Of a stretch of 42,518 nt of DNA, positions 10,747 through 17,674 are shown piece by piece; position 1 is the stretch's first letter; the number at the start of each line of letters is the position of its first letter. This DNA is from an uncultured Sphingobium sp. (GTDB taxonomy: Bacteria > Pseudomonadota > Alphaproteobacteria > Sphingomonadales > Sphingomonadaceae), in the NCBI GenBank assembly GCA_964408525.1, contig CAYOZY010000001.1:1-42518 (forward strand), read 5' to 3'. A program made the translations under genes and the position numbers. The notes beneath the pieces are model-generated. The model searched no databases and was not told where the DNA came from. It saw nothing but the letters and a program-made list of their open reading frames with translations.

Positions 10747-11223
10747 ATGACCGACAACACCATCTTTCGCTCTACCGCTTTCAGCCGCGTCGCTGCGGGC
10801 TCTCTCGCCATTGCCATGACCTTCGCGACCGTCTCGGCCGCAAAGGCTGAGACGAACGAAGCCTTCCGCGCCACCGTCGAAGCAGGCATAGACAGCGAGC
10901 TGCGCCTGCCCAAAGGCGCGATCGACAAGCGCCATGGCACCGCCGTGGTTGCCGTAACGGTCGGCGCGGAGGGCAGCGTCCAGAACGCCGCCATTGTTCA
11001 TTCCGCCGGTTATGCGAGCTTCGACCGCGAGGCGCTGCGCACCGCGCGCGTCGTTTCCTACCCCGCCACCGGCGAGGTGCGGGCCGTGGCGATGGTTCTT
11101 GGTTTCAACCAGCCCGCCGATGCAAAGGTGCAGGGCAAGGCCGCGCGGCTCGTGGCCGCCTATGCCGAAAAGCAGAAGGTCATGCTGGCCAACAGGACGA
11201 CCGCCCAGCAGCCCGACAGCTGA
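10747..11223 (+). CDS. Exported TonB C-terminal-domain family protein
   Basis: Signal peptide (AAKA-E), then GTAVVAVTVGAEGSVQNAAIVHSAGYASFDREAL, a TonB_C-like pattern. Confidence 0.75.
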   Translation: MTDNTIFRSTAFSRVAAGSLAIAMTFATVSAAKAETNEAFRATVEAGIDSELRLPKGAIDKRHGTAVVAVTVGAEGSVQNAAIVHSAGYASFDREALRTARVVSYPATGEVRAVAMVLGFNQPADAKVQGKAARLVAAYAEKQKVMLANRTTAQQPDS

Positions 11224-11311
11224 GTGTTCGTGTCCGGGGCAGGGTTCATATGCGTCCCTTGCATCCTGCCCCGGCAAAAGAGAAGATAGGGACCACAGGA
11301 GTCGTAACGAA

Positions 11312-12016
11312 ATGGGTATATTTTCCCGCACGCGAGACATCATCGCCGCCAATGTGACCGACATGCTCGATCGCGCGGAAGATCCGGCGAAGATGATCCG
11401 CATGATCATCCTCGAAATGGAGGAAACGCTGGTGGAAGTGCGGGCCTCGGCCGCGCGCACGATCGCCGACCAGAAGGAAATGCGCCGCGCTATCACCAAG
11501 CTGGAGGTCGCTCAGGCGAACTGGGCTGAGAAGGCCGCGCTCGCCCTGTCCAAGGATCGCGAGGATCTCGCCAAGGCCGCGCTCGTCGAAAAGCAGAAAG
11601 CCGCCGACATGGCCGCGCAGCTCGAAAGCGAGATCGTCGAACTGGACGATGCGCTGAAAGCGGCTGAGGACGACATTTCGAAGCTTCAGGCCAAGCTTCA
11701 GGAGGCGCGCGCGCGTCAGAACAGTCTTGTCAAGCGCATGGAAGGCGCACAAAATCGCCTTCGCCTGCGCGAGATGTATGCGGGCGAGCGCACCCGCGAG
11801 GCATTTGCCCGGTTCGAGATGCTGGAGCGCCGCGTCGATCTCGCCGAGGGCCATGCTGAGGCGATGGCGCTGGGCGCGCAGCCCAAGACGCTGGAGGAAG
11901 AAATCGCCGAGCTGCGCATGAGCGATCAGGTCGAGGCGGAGTTGGCCGCGCTGAAGGCGGCCCAGCAGGGCGCGGCTGCTGCGAAACCTGCCACGGAAAA
12001 GGATGCTGACTTATGA
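11312..12016 (+). CDS. pspA: Phage shock protein A
   Basis: MGIFSRTRDIIAANV...AEDPAKMIRMIILEMEETLVEVR, coiled coil. Confidence 0.96.
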   Translation: MGIFSRTRDIIAANVTDMLDRAEDPAKMIRMIILEMEETLVEVRASAARTIADQKEMRRAITKLEVAQANWAEKAALALSKDREDLAKAALVEKQKAADMAAQLESEIVELDDALKAAEDDISKLQAKLQEARARQNSLVKRMEGAQNRLRLREMYAGERTREAFARFEMLERRVDLAEGHAEAMALGAQPKTLEEEIAELRMSDQVEAELAALKAAQQGAAAAKPATEKDADL

Positions 12017-12285
12017 TGGAGGACGTATTTCTGCCGGTGTTTGTCGTCGGCATCATTTTCGTCGGGCTGCCCTGGGTGATTCTCCATTATCTTACCAAGT
12101 GGAAAACTGCTTCAAGCCTGACCCGCGAGGATGAAGCGCTGCTCGACAATCTCAACGACACGGCCCGGCGGCTGGAAGAGCGGCTAATGACCATCGAGCG
12201 CATCGTTGCCGCCGACCATCCGGACTTCAGACCTCAACGCGGAAGCGTCGATCCCGACCCCGCCGATTATCGCAGGAGCAACTGA
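12013..12285 (+). CDS. pspB: Phage shock protein B
   Basis: One TM helix then WVILHY...RRLEERLMTIERIV. Confidence 0.9.
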   Translation: MMEDVFLPVFVVGIIFVGLPWVILHYLTKWKTASSLTREDEALLDNLNDTARRLEERLMTIERIVAADHPDFRPQRGSVDPDPADYRRSN

Positions 12286-12286
12286 C

Positions 12287-12667
12287 ATGAGCGCCCGCCG
12301 CACCAAATATTATCTCGACAAGCAAAATGCCAAATGGATGGGCGTGTGTTCCGGCCTTGCCGATTATACGGGCATCGATGTCCTGTGGGTTCGCGTTGGC
12401 GCGATCGTGCTGACCATCATGGGTGGTTTCCCGTGGACGCTGGTCGCCTATTTCGTCACCGCATGGATGGCCGAACCCAAGCCCTATGGGCTTTATGACG
12501 ACGCGGAAGACGCGAAGTTCTGGCAGGGAGTGCGGGCCAGCCCGTCGCGCACAGCCCGCGCTGTCCGCTCGCAGTTCCGCGATATCGACCGGCGCCTCTC
12601 GGACATAGAGGTGCATTATACCAGCGCCAACAGCCGCCTTGCGCGTGAGATCGACAATCTGCGCTGA
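12287..12667 (+). CDS. pspC: Phage shock protein C
   Basis: YLDKQNAKWMGVCSGLADY; ATG at 12287. Confidence 0.92.
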   Translation: MSARRTKYYLDKQNAKWMGVCSGLADYTGIDVLWVRVGAIVLTIMGGFPWTLVAYFVTAWMAEPKPYGLYDDAEDAKFWQGVRASPSRTARAVRSQFRDIDRRLSDIEVHYTSANSRLAREIDNLR

Positions 12668-12691
12668 CCGGCATATCCGATGGAGATTGAG

Positions 12692-12719
12692 AGGGGGCGA
12701 TCGGCATCGCCCCTTTTTT
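12692..12719 (+). terminator. Intrinsic terminator after pspC
   Basis: GGGGCGAT-cggc-ATCGCCCC followed by TTTTTT. Confidence 0.85.
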
Positions 12720-12748
12720 CTTGTCGCATTGCCGTTATATCGGCGGCC

Positions 12749-13153
12749 ATGAACGCGCTGACCGATATCTACGAGGAATATGAATTCCTCGAACCCGATG
12801 ACCGCTATCGCTTGCTGATCGATCTGGGCAAGGCGCTCGAGCCGATGCCCGATGCGCTGAAGACCGACGCGACACTGGTGCGCGGATGTTCGGCGGCGGT
12901 GTGGGTCTATCCTATGCGGCTTGATGATGGGCGACTGCATTTCCTCGCCGACAGCAACGCGGCGATCACCAAGGGTATCATCGCGCTGGTGCTGACCACG
13001 GTGCAGGATCGCGAGCCGCAGGAGGTTGCGGTCACCGATATCGAGAGCGAGCTGGCGCCGTTCGATCTCAAAAACCAGCTTTCGTCCAACCGCACGCAGG
13101 GCATCCCCAATATGATCGCGCTGATCCGCGAGACCGCCGCGCGCTACCTCTGA
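12749..13153 (+). CDS. sufE: SufE family Fe-S cluster sulfur acceptor
   Basis: DRYRLLIDLGK, LVRGCSAAVW, ADSNAAITKG, LSSNRTQG. Confidence 0.9.
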   Translation: MNALTDIYEEYEFLEPDDRYRLLIDLGKALEPMPDALKTDATLVRGCSAAVWVYPMRLDDGRLHFLADSNAAITKGIIALVLTTVQDREPQEVAVTDIESELAPFDLKNQLSSNRTQGIPNMIALIRETAARYL

Positions 13154-13222
13154 GCGGGTCGCTGGGGAGCCGACCTTCGTGACGGGGATGACGCGCCGCC
13201 TTCCGCTTCCTATATCGAGGAC

Positions 13223-14227
13223 ATGGTGAAACTCTCCCTCCTCGATCTCGTTCCGGTCGTCGAAGACGGCACGGTGTCCGAAGCGCTCGCGCGCGCCGCC
13301 GATCTGGCTTTCCACGCGGAAGCGCTCGGTTATGCGCGCTACTGGACCGCAGAGCATCACGGCATGCCGGGCATCGCTTCGGCGGCGACATCGGTGGTGC
13401 TGGCGCATGTCGGCGCGGCGACCTCCACCATCCGCATTGGCGCGGGCGGCATCATGCTGCCCAACCACGCGCCGCTTGCCATCGCCGAGCAGTTCGGCAC
13501 GCTCGACGCGCTGTTTCCGGGACGGGTCGATCTCGGCCTCGGCCGCGCGCCCGGATCCGACCAGCGTGTCGCACAGGCGATGCGGCGAAACCTGATGAGC
13601 GGGGCTGAGAGTTTCCCGCGCGATGTGCAGGAAGTGCAGGCCTATTTCGCGGGCGACGAGCGACTGGGCTTCGAAGCCACGCCGGGTGCGGGCGCGAAGC
13701 CGGAGCTGTGGATTTTAGGGTCGAGTCTTTATGGTGCGCAGCTCGCCGCGCATTTCGGCCTGCCGTTTGCATTTGCCTCGCATTTCGCGCCGGACATGCT
13801 GGACGAGGCACTCGCCATCTATCGCCGCGATTTCCGCCCGTCGGACCAGCTCGACACGCCTTATGCAATGGCGGGCTTCAACATTTTTGCCGCCGACACG
13901 ATGGAACAGGCCGAACTGATCGCCACATCGATGATGCAGGCGTTCGTCGCTCTGCGCACCGGAAATCCCGGCAGGTTGAAGCCTCCGCTCGCTGGCTACC
14001 GCGAGAGTCTGCCCATGCAGTTTCAGGCGATGCTCGCCAATATCTTTCAGGCGACCAGCATCGGTAAGCAGGCAGAGGTCGAACACGACCTCGCGGCTTT
14101 CATCCGGCGCACGGGCGCGGACGAGATCATCGTCAGCGGAATGATCCATGACCAACAGGCGCGCAAACGCTCGCTTGAGATCGGCATGGCGGCGGCGATG
14201 GCGATCGGGGCAACGCAACCCGCCTGA
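13223..14227 (+). CDS. LLM-class (luciferase-like) flavin-dependent oxidoreductase
   Basis: [36 protein letters not shown]. Confidence 0.92.
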   Translation: MVKLSLLDLVPVVEDGTVSEALARAADLAFHAEALGYARYWTAEHHGMPGIASAATSVVLAHVGAATSTIRIGAGGIMLPNHAPLAIAEQFGTLDALFPGRVDLGLGRAPGSDQRVAQAMRRNLMSGAESFPRDVQEVQAYFAGDERLGFEATPGAGAKPELWILGSSLYGAQLAAHFGLPFAFASHFAPDMLDEALAIYRRDFRPSDQLDTPYAMAGFNIFAADTMEQAELIATSMMQAFVALRTGNPGRLKPPLAGYRESLPMQFQAMLANIFQATSIGKQAEVEHDLAAFIRRTGADEIIVSGMIHDQQARKRSLEIGMAAAMAIGATQPA

Positions 14228-14232
14228 GCTCG

Positions 14233-14772
14233 TTAGCCGCCCGGCTTCCCGTTCCGTCGTTCCTCGGCCGTCCGCAACACATCATAGGCCGCCTGTATCG
14301 CCTGAAATTTGAGCGCGGCGTCCTTGTCGTCCGGCTTCACATCCGGGTGATTTTCCTTGGCGAGCCGGCGCCAGCTCTTGCGCACCGTCTCGAAATCGGC
14401 GTCGCTTTCCAGCTCCAGTATTTCCAGCGCGCGCATCTCTTCGCGGCTGCGCGTGCCGTCGCCAGGCGCGCCCCAGCCATAGAAGCTGCCGCCGGAAAAG
14501 CCGCCGGAGTCGCGCCGCTCGTCGCGCTCGCGCTGCGCCTTTTCCTCGTCGTCCAGCCCCTGAAAATAATCCCAGCCGCGATTATACTCCGCCGCATGCG
14601 CCTGACAGAAATACCAGCGTTCCGGGCTGTTGGGCGATTTGGGCGCGGGGCAATCGCCCGGTTCCTCGCAGCCATGCCGGTCGCACAGACGCACCTGTTT
14701 CGCGGCGCGCTCGCCGCCATAGCCGCCCCAGCGGGGGAAGCCCCAGTCATATCTGCGTCCTTGCCGTGCCAT
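14233..14772 (-). CDS. C-terminal J-domain (DnaJ-like) protein
   Basis: HPD motif (ENHPDVK) near the C-terminus; N-terminal Cys/His cluster (CDRHGC...CPAPKSP...FCQAH). Confidence 0.88.
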   Translation of the reverse strand: MARQGRRYDWGFPRWGGYGGERAAKQVRLCDRHGCEEPGDCPAPKSPNSPERWYFCQAHAAEYNRGWDYFQGLDDEEKAQRERDERRDSGGFSGGSFYGWGAPGDGTRSREEMRALEILELESDADFETVRKSWRRLAKENHPDVKPDDKDAALKFQAIQAAYDVLRTAEERRNGKPGG

Positions 14773-14882
14773 AAGCCGATCAGTGTAACCGGCGAAAGTT
14801 ACGGAAGGAAGATGGCTTGACGCTTTTTTGTCGGTTCACAGCCCCGCTTCCCCCCGGCGCGGCTATTTGCTATTGGAGCGCG

Positions 14883-15304
14883 GCCAGAGGGTCGGGCGGT
14901 CGCGGCGGAGGAAACTCCGGCGAGGAAAGTCCGGGCTCCACGAAACAACGGTGCCGGTTAATGGCCGGCTGGGCAGAAATCTGATTTCTGGCCAAGGGAA
15001 AGTGCCACAGAGAGCAGGTCACGAAAGACTTCGGTCCCGTGAAAAGTGAAAGGGTGCGGTAAGAGCGCACCGCGTCCCCAGCAACGGCGGGCGGCACGGC
15101 AAACCCCACCGGGAGCAAGACCGAATAGGGATGGCGCGCCTTTTCGCAGCGATGTGGGAGGCAGGGTGTTTCGCCCCAGACCATCCGGGTTGGTTGCTTG
15201 AGGGACGGAGTAATCCGCCCCCTAGAGGAATGGCCGCCCATCCGTTTACGCGTCCTTCGGGATACGGTGGCGGTGGACAGAACCCGGCTTACAGACCCTC
15301 TGGC
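14883..15304 (+). ncRNA. rnpB: RNase P RNA (type A)
   Basis: GAGGAAAGTCCGGGCTCC, GGAAAGTGCCACAGA, GGGTGCGGTAAGAGCGCACC, ACAGAACCCGGCTTA; P1 helix GCCAGAGGGTC/GACCCTCTGGC. Confidence 0.97.
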
Positions 15305-15427
15305 GCTTTCTGTTTTTGGGTCGGGGCGGGGTCGGCGGGAGGCGGCAGGGGCGTCTACGCGGTGTGCGGCGAACCGGGGCCTGATGGGCGATGGTGCAGA
15401 GGGGGATCGGCGGAATGAGATTTGGTA

Positions 15428-15449
15428 TTTAGTAAACTGTCACCGTAAT
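15428..15449 (+). repeat. 22-bp motif copy R1 (TTTAGTAAACTGTCACCGTAAT)
   Basis: Read directly; followed by CCCA as in R4. Confidence 0.95.
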
Positions 15450-15505
15450 CCCATTGGAGAAGCGCCGCTTCCAGCGCAGCACCCGTGCGTACGGTGCATT
15501 ACAGC

Positions 15506-15580
15506 TTACGCCCTTCAGGGCGTGCGTCGAGCCTCCCGCAGGAGCAAAGCGAGTGCGCCGTCAAGATCAGCTGAGGCGGG
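15506..15580. repeat. Structured ~70-nt element, copy A (downstream of cargo gene 1)
   Basis: TTACGCCCTTCAGGGCGTG..CCGCAGGAGCAAAGCGAGTG..TGAGGCGGG; aligns by eye with 17069-17137. Confidence 0.8.
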
Positions 15581-15604
15581 CACCGCGTGGCAGAGAAGAT
15601 AGCA

Positions 15605-16114
15605 CTACCTGCATTGATCTTCGTACACATGCTCCAAGCGAGCGTCGTCCAGCCTGCCGTCATACTCGATGGTAATTATACGGAGATTGAGGTTGGTCTT
15701 TTCAGTTCTCAGAACGCCGCTGACGACAACCCGATGCCGGTTAGCGCGACGAAATTCTGGCGTTGCACGACCTTCTGGCAATACCATGTCCGCCGTTTCG
15801 GGCGTGCGGTGGAGTTCTGACATCATCGCGTTTTCTAAAACTAGCAAATCAGCTTCCGAGTTTCGGGGGCAACTGTCGTGCCTTTCCCTTGTCCGGGGAC
15901 GCCCTTCATCGGCGCGAACTAAAGTCGCACTGTGCTTGCCGATAAACAGGAAGCCTTCGATTGCCACGCGCTGGCCCGACAACTCGTTACGGCGCTCGAA
16001 CACTTCCTGCAGTGGCAAAGCCGTAACCGCAGGCCCCGACCTTGGCACGGGTAATGACGTGCAAGACTGCAGAATGGTAGCCGCAGCCAGCGCCGTTAAG
16101 GATCGCATCAGCAC
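15605..16114 (-). CDS. Cargo lipoprotein 1 (hypothetical, possible OB-like beta fold)
   Basis: Signal peptide ending ILQSC, AGGAG upstream of the GTG, pattern EVFERRNELSGQRVAIEGFL...RHRVVVSGVL. Confidence 0.75.
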   Translation of the reverse strand: MLMRSLTALAAATILQSCTSLPVPRSGPAVTALPLQEVFERRNELSGQRVAIEGFLFIGKHSATLVRADEGRPRTRERHDSCPRNSEADLLVLENAMMSELHRTPETADMVLPEGRATPEFRRANRHRVVVSGVLRTEKTNLNLRIITIEYDGRLDDARLEHVYEDQCR

Positions 16115-16129
16115 AATCCGTTCTCCTGC

Positions 16130-16327
16130 TTATTTGCGACGAGGCCGCCCCTGATCGATATAGTCCGATGGCTTGAAACGGCCGAACTGATCGATTTCCA
16201 CCGTGCCTTTTGAGCCATCCCACAAGTGATCGTTCCGGTAGACCTGCCCAGACGGTGATGAAAGATAGGCTGGAATGCGAACTTTTTCGCCTGCAAGCTT
16301 TTTCGCCTGCCCCCCATTACGGTCCAT
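16130..16327 (-). pseudogene. Probable truncated 3' gene fragment upstream of cargo gene 1
   Basis: 65-codon frame starting at the R2 motif and ending 15 nt before the cargo 1 start; contains PAYLSSPSGQVYR. Confidence 0.4.
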
Positions 16328-16347
16328 TACGGTGACAGTTTACTAAA
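16326..16347 (-). repeat. 22-bp motif copy R2; encodes the last codons and stop of the transposase
   Basis: ATTACGGTGACAGTTTACTAAA is the exact reverse complement of R1; reads FSKLSP* in the transposase frame. Confidence 0.95.
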
Positions 16348-17019
16348 AGCAATCAATTTGTCCTTGGGTTTAGGCCCCCGCTTTTTCGGCAACAAGGAGC
16401 GTCCTGTCCGACGTTCCAGATCGGCGATCCAGTCCGGATCGCCAAGGGGGCGTCCGGTGGTCTCCGAACGCCGCAGCGCCCGCCATGCATCGGCACAATC
16501 GTCCGACACACCAAGAAAGGCAGCGAAATCACCATAGCGTTCCAGCACTGGCGCCACCCTGACCAGCGCATCGTCCTTGCCCGAAAGATGCGCGGCGACA
16601 CTCGACCAGCGCCAGCCCGCGGCCCTGTCTACCAGGCTCGCCCGCACCGGATTGAGAGACACATAGCGCACGGCATGCGCCAGGTGGGCTTCGTCCATGA
16701 CCACAGCGCCAAATCGCCCCTGCCACAAATGTCCGGTCCAGCGATGGCGCGCATTGATGAAGCCGGTATAACGGCGGTGCGCATCGGCAAAAGTACGCCG
16801 CAGCCCATCCTCATCGGATGGCACAATAACGAGATGAACATGGTTCGGCATCAGGCAATAGCACCATATCTCCGCACCCGCCCGCTCCGCTGCCTCGGCC
16901 AGAAGGTCGCGGTACAGCGCATAATCGCCATCTTCGAAAAATGTCTGTTGCCGCCGGTTGCCGCGTTGCGTCACATGATACGGGTAACCGGGAAGTACAA
17001 GGCGAGGAAGACGAGCCAT
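16327..17019 (-). CDS. REP-associated tyrosine transposase (RAYT; Y1 HUH, IS200/IS605-related)
   Basis: YPYHVTQRGNRRQ, HUH motif MPNHVHL, GHLWQGRF, catalytic-Tyr region YVSLNPVRA, WRWSS; frame intact; no tnpB nearby. Confidence 0.92.
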   Translation of the reverse strand: MARLPRLVLPGYPYHVTQRGNRRQQTFFEDGDYALYRDLLAEAAERAGAEIWCYCLMPNHVHLVIVPSDEDGLRRTFADAHRRYTGFINARHRWTGHLWQGRFGAVVMDEAHLAHAVRYVSLNPVRASLVDRAAGWRWSSVAAHLSGKDDALVRVAPVLERYGDFAAFLGVSDDCADAWRALRRSETTGRPLGDPDWIADLERRTGRSLLPKKRGPKPKDKLIAFSKLSP

Positions 17020-17045
17020 GCCTGCCTTATAACCAATATCATGCT

Positions 17046-17067
17046 TTTAGTAAACTGTCACCGTAAT
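17046..17067 (+). repeat. 22-bp motif copy R3
   Basis: Identical to R1; the perfect inverted match with R2 extends to 26 bp (16326-16351 vs 17042-17067). Confidence 0.95.
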
Positions 17068-17068
17068 A

Positions 17069-17137
17069 TTACGCCTTCGGCGTGAGTCAGGACCACCGCA
17101 CGAGCAATGCGAGTGAGAAAGCAATGGGTGAGGCGGG
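17069..17137. repeat. Structured ~70-nt element, copy B (downstream of cargo gene 2)
   Basis: TTACGCCTTCGGCGTG..CCGCACGAGCAATGCGAGTG..TGAGGCGGG; aligns by eye with 15506-15580. Confidence 0.8.
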
Positions 17138-17148
17138 GCGACCCAGCG

Positions 17149-17586
17149 TTAATGTTTCAAGCTTTGATATTTTTCTCTAAGATCAATATCATCAACAATT
17201 AAAGCGGATCCAACAAAACATCCATCAATATCATTCCGGGAGTAATTCCTGTAATAAACTCCCTTTATAACAATTTTCCTGTTATCTAAAAATGTCCTTG
17301 GGCCTTCCTCTTTGAGGAAATTGCTCTTTATTATGACACACGCGTCGTTAACGCCAGACATCGTCATATTTTTATCATATATTTTCATCTCCCAAGGATG
17401 AACCTTGGAAGCTATCTGGCCATAGATAAAGACTGTTTTCCCGTCATAAGCCTCTCCTCTTGAATTGACCTCGTGCGGACTCAAAACAGGCTGCTCATAT
17501 GCATGTCCTCTTTCGGACAAAGAAGGAGCGCATCCAGTCAACTCGATTAAGGATGCAACCAAAAATATAATGATGTGTTTTTTCAT
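17149..17586 (-). CDS. Cargo lipoprotein 2 (hypothetical, distant homologue of cargo 1)
   Basis: MKKH, hydrophobic core, lipobox LTGC; EVNSRGEAYDGKTVFIYGQI...NRKIVIKGVY; strongly AT-rich. Confidence 0.8.
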   Translation of the reverse strand: MKKHIIIFLVASLIELTGCAPSLSERGHAYEQPVLSPHEVNSRGEAYDGKTVFIYGQIASKVHPWEMKIYDKNMTMSGVNDACVIIKSNFLKEEGPRTFLDNRKIVIKGVYYRNYSRNDIDGCFVGSALIVDDIDLREKYQSLKH

Positions 17587-17634
17587 TTACTTCTTCACCT
17601 TCGGCAAAAGAAAATTCTTTTGTAAGGTGTTGGG

Positions 17635-17656
17635 ATTACGGTGACAGTTTACCAAA
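17635..17656 (-). repeat. 22-bp motif copy R4 (one mismatch)
   Basis: ATTACGGTGACAGTTTACCAAA; reverse complement TTTGGTAAACTGTCACCGTAAT followed by CCCA. Confidence 0.93.
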
Positions 17657-17674
17657 TGCACCCCGTCACTCCCC

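Larger units (their letters stand above)
15428..17656. mobile_element. RAYT-associated island: two repeat-bounded cargo cassettes flanking an HUH transposase
   Basis: Four 22-bp motifs in +,-,+,- orientation, central RAYT gene, two lipoprotein cargo genes with atypical composition, between rnpB and an amidase gene. Confidence 0.8.

Noticed and set aside
14828-15418. Short ORFs overlapping 14828-15418
   Set aside because: They overlap the RNase P RNA gene and show no protein features
16327-17019. Ordinary IS200/IS605 TnpA
   Set aside because: At 230 aa with NPVRA and WSS motifs it fits RAYT; there is no tnpB, and the flanks are long-range inverted repeats rather than subterminal hairpins
15428-17656. 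CRISPR array interpretation of the four 22-bp repeats
   Set aside because: Repeats alternate in orientation, are 570-880 bp apart and enclose genes; no cas genes are present
15428-17656. Classical integron or composite DDE transposon
   Set aside because: No tyrosine integrase or DDE transposase, the shared element lacks clear RYYYAAC/GTTRRRY ends, and there is no target duplication; the only enzyme is Y1 HUH
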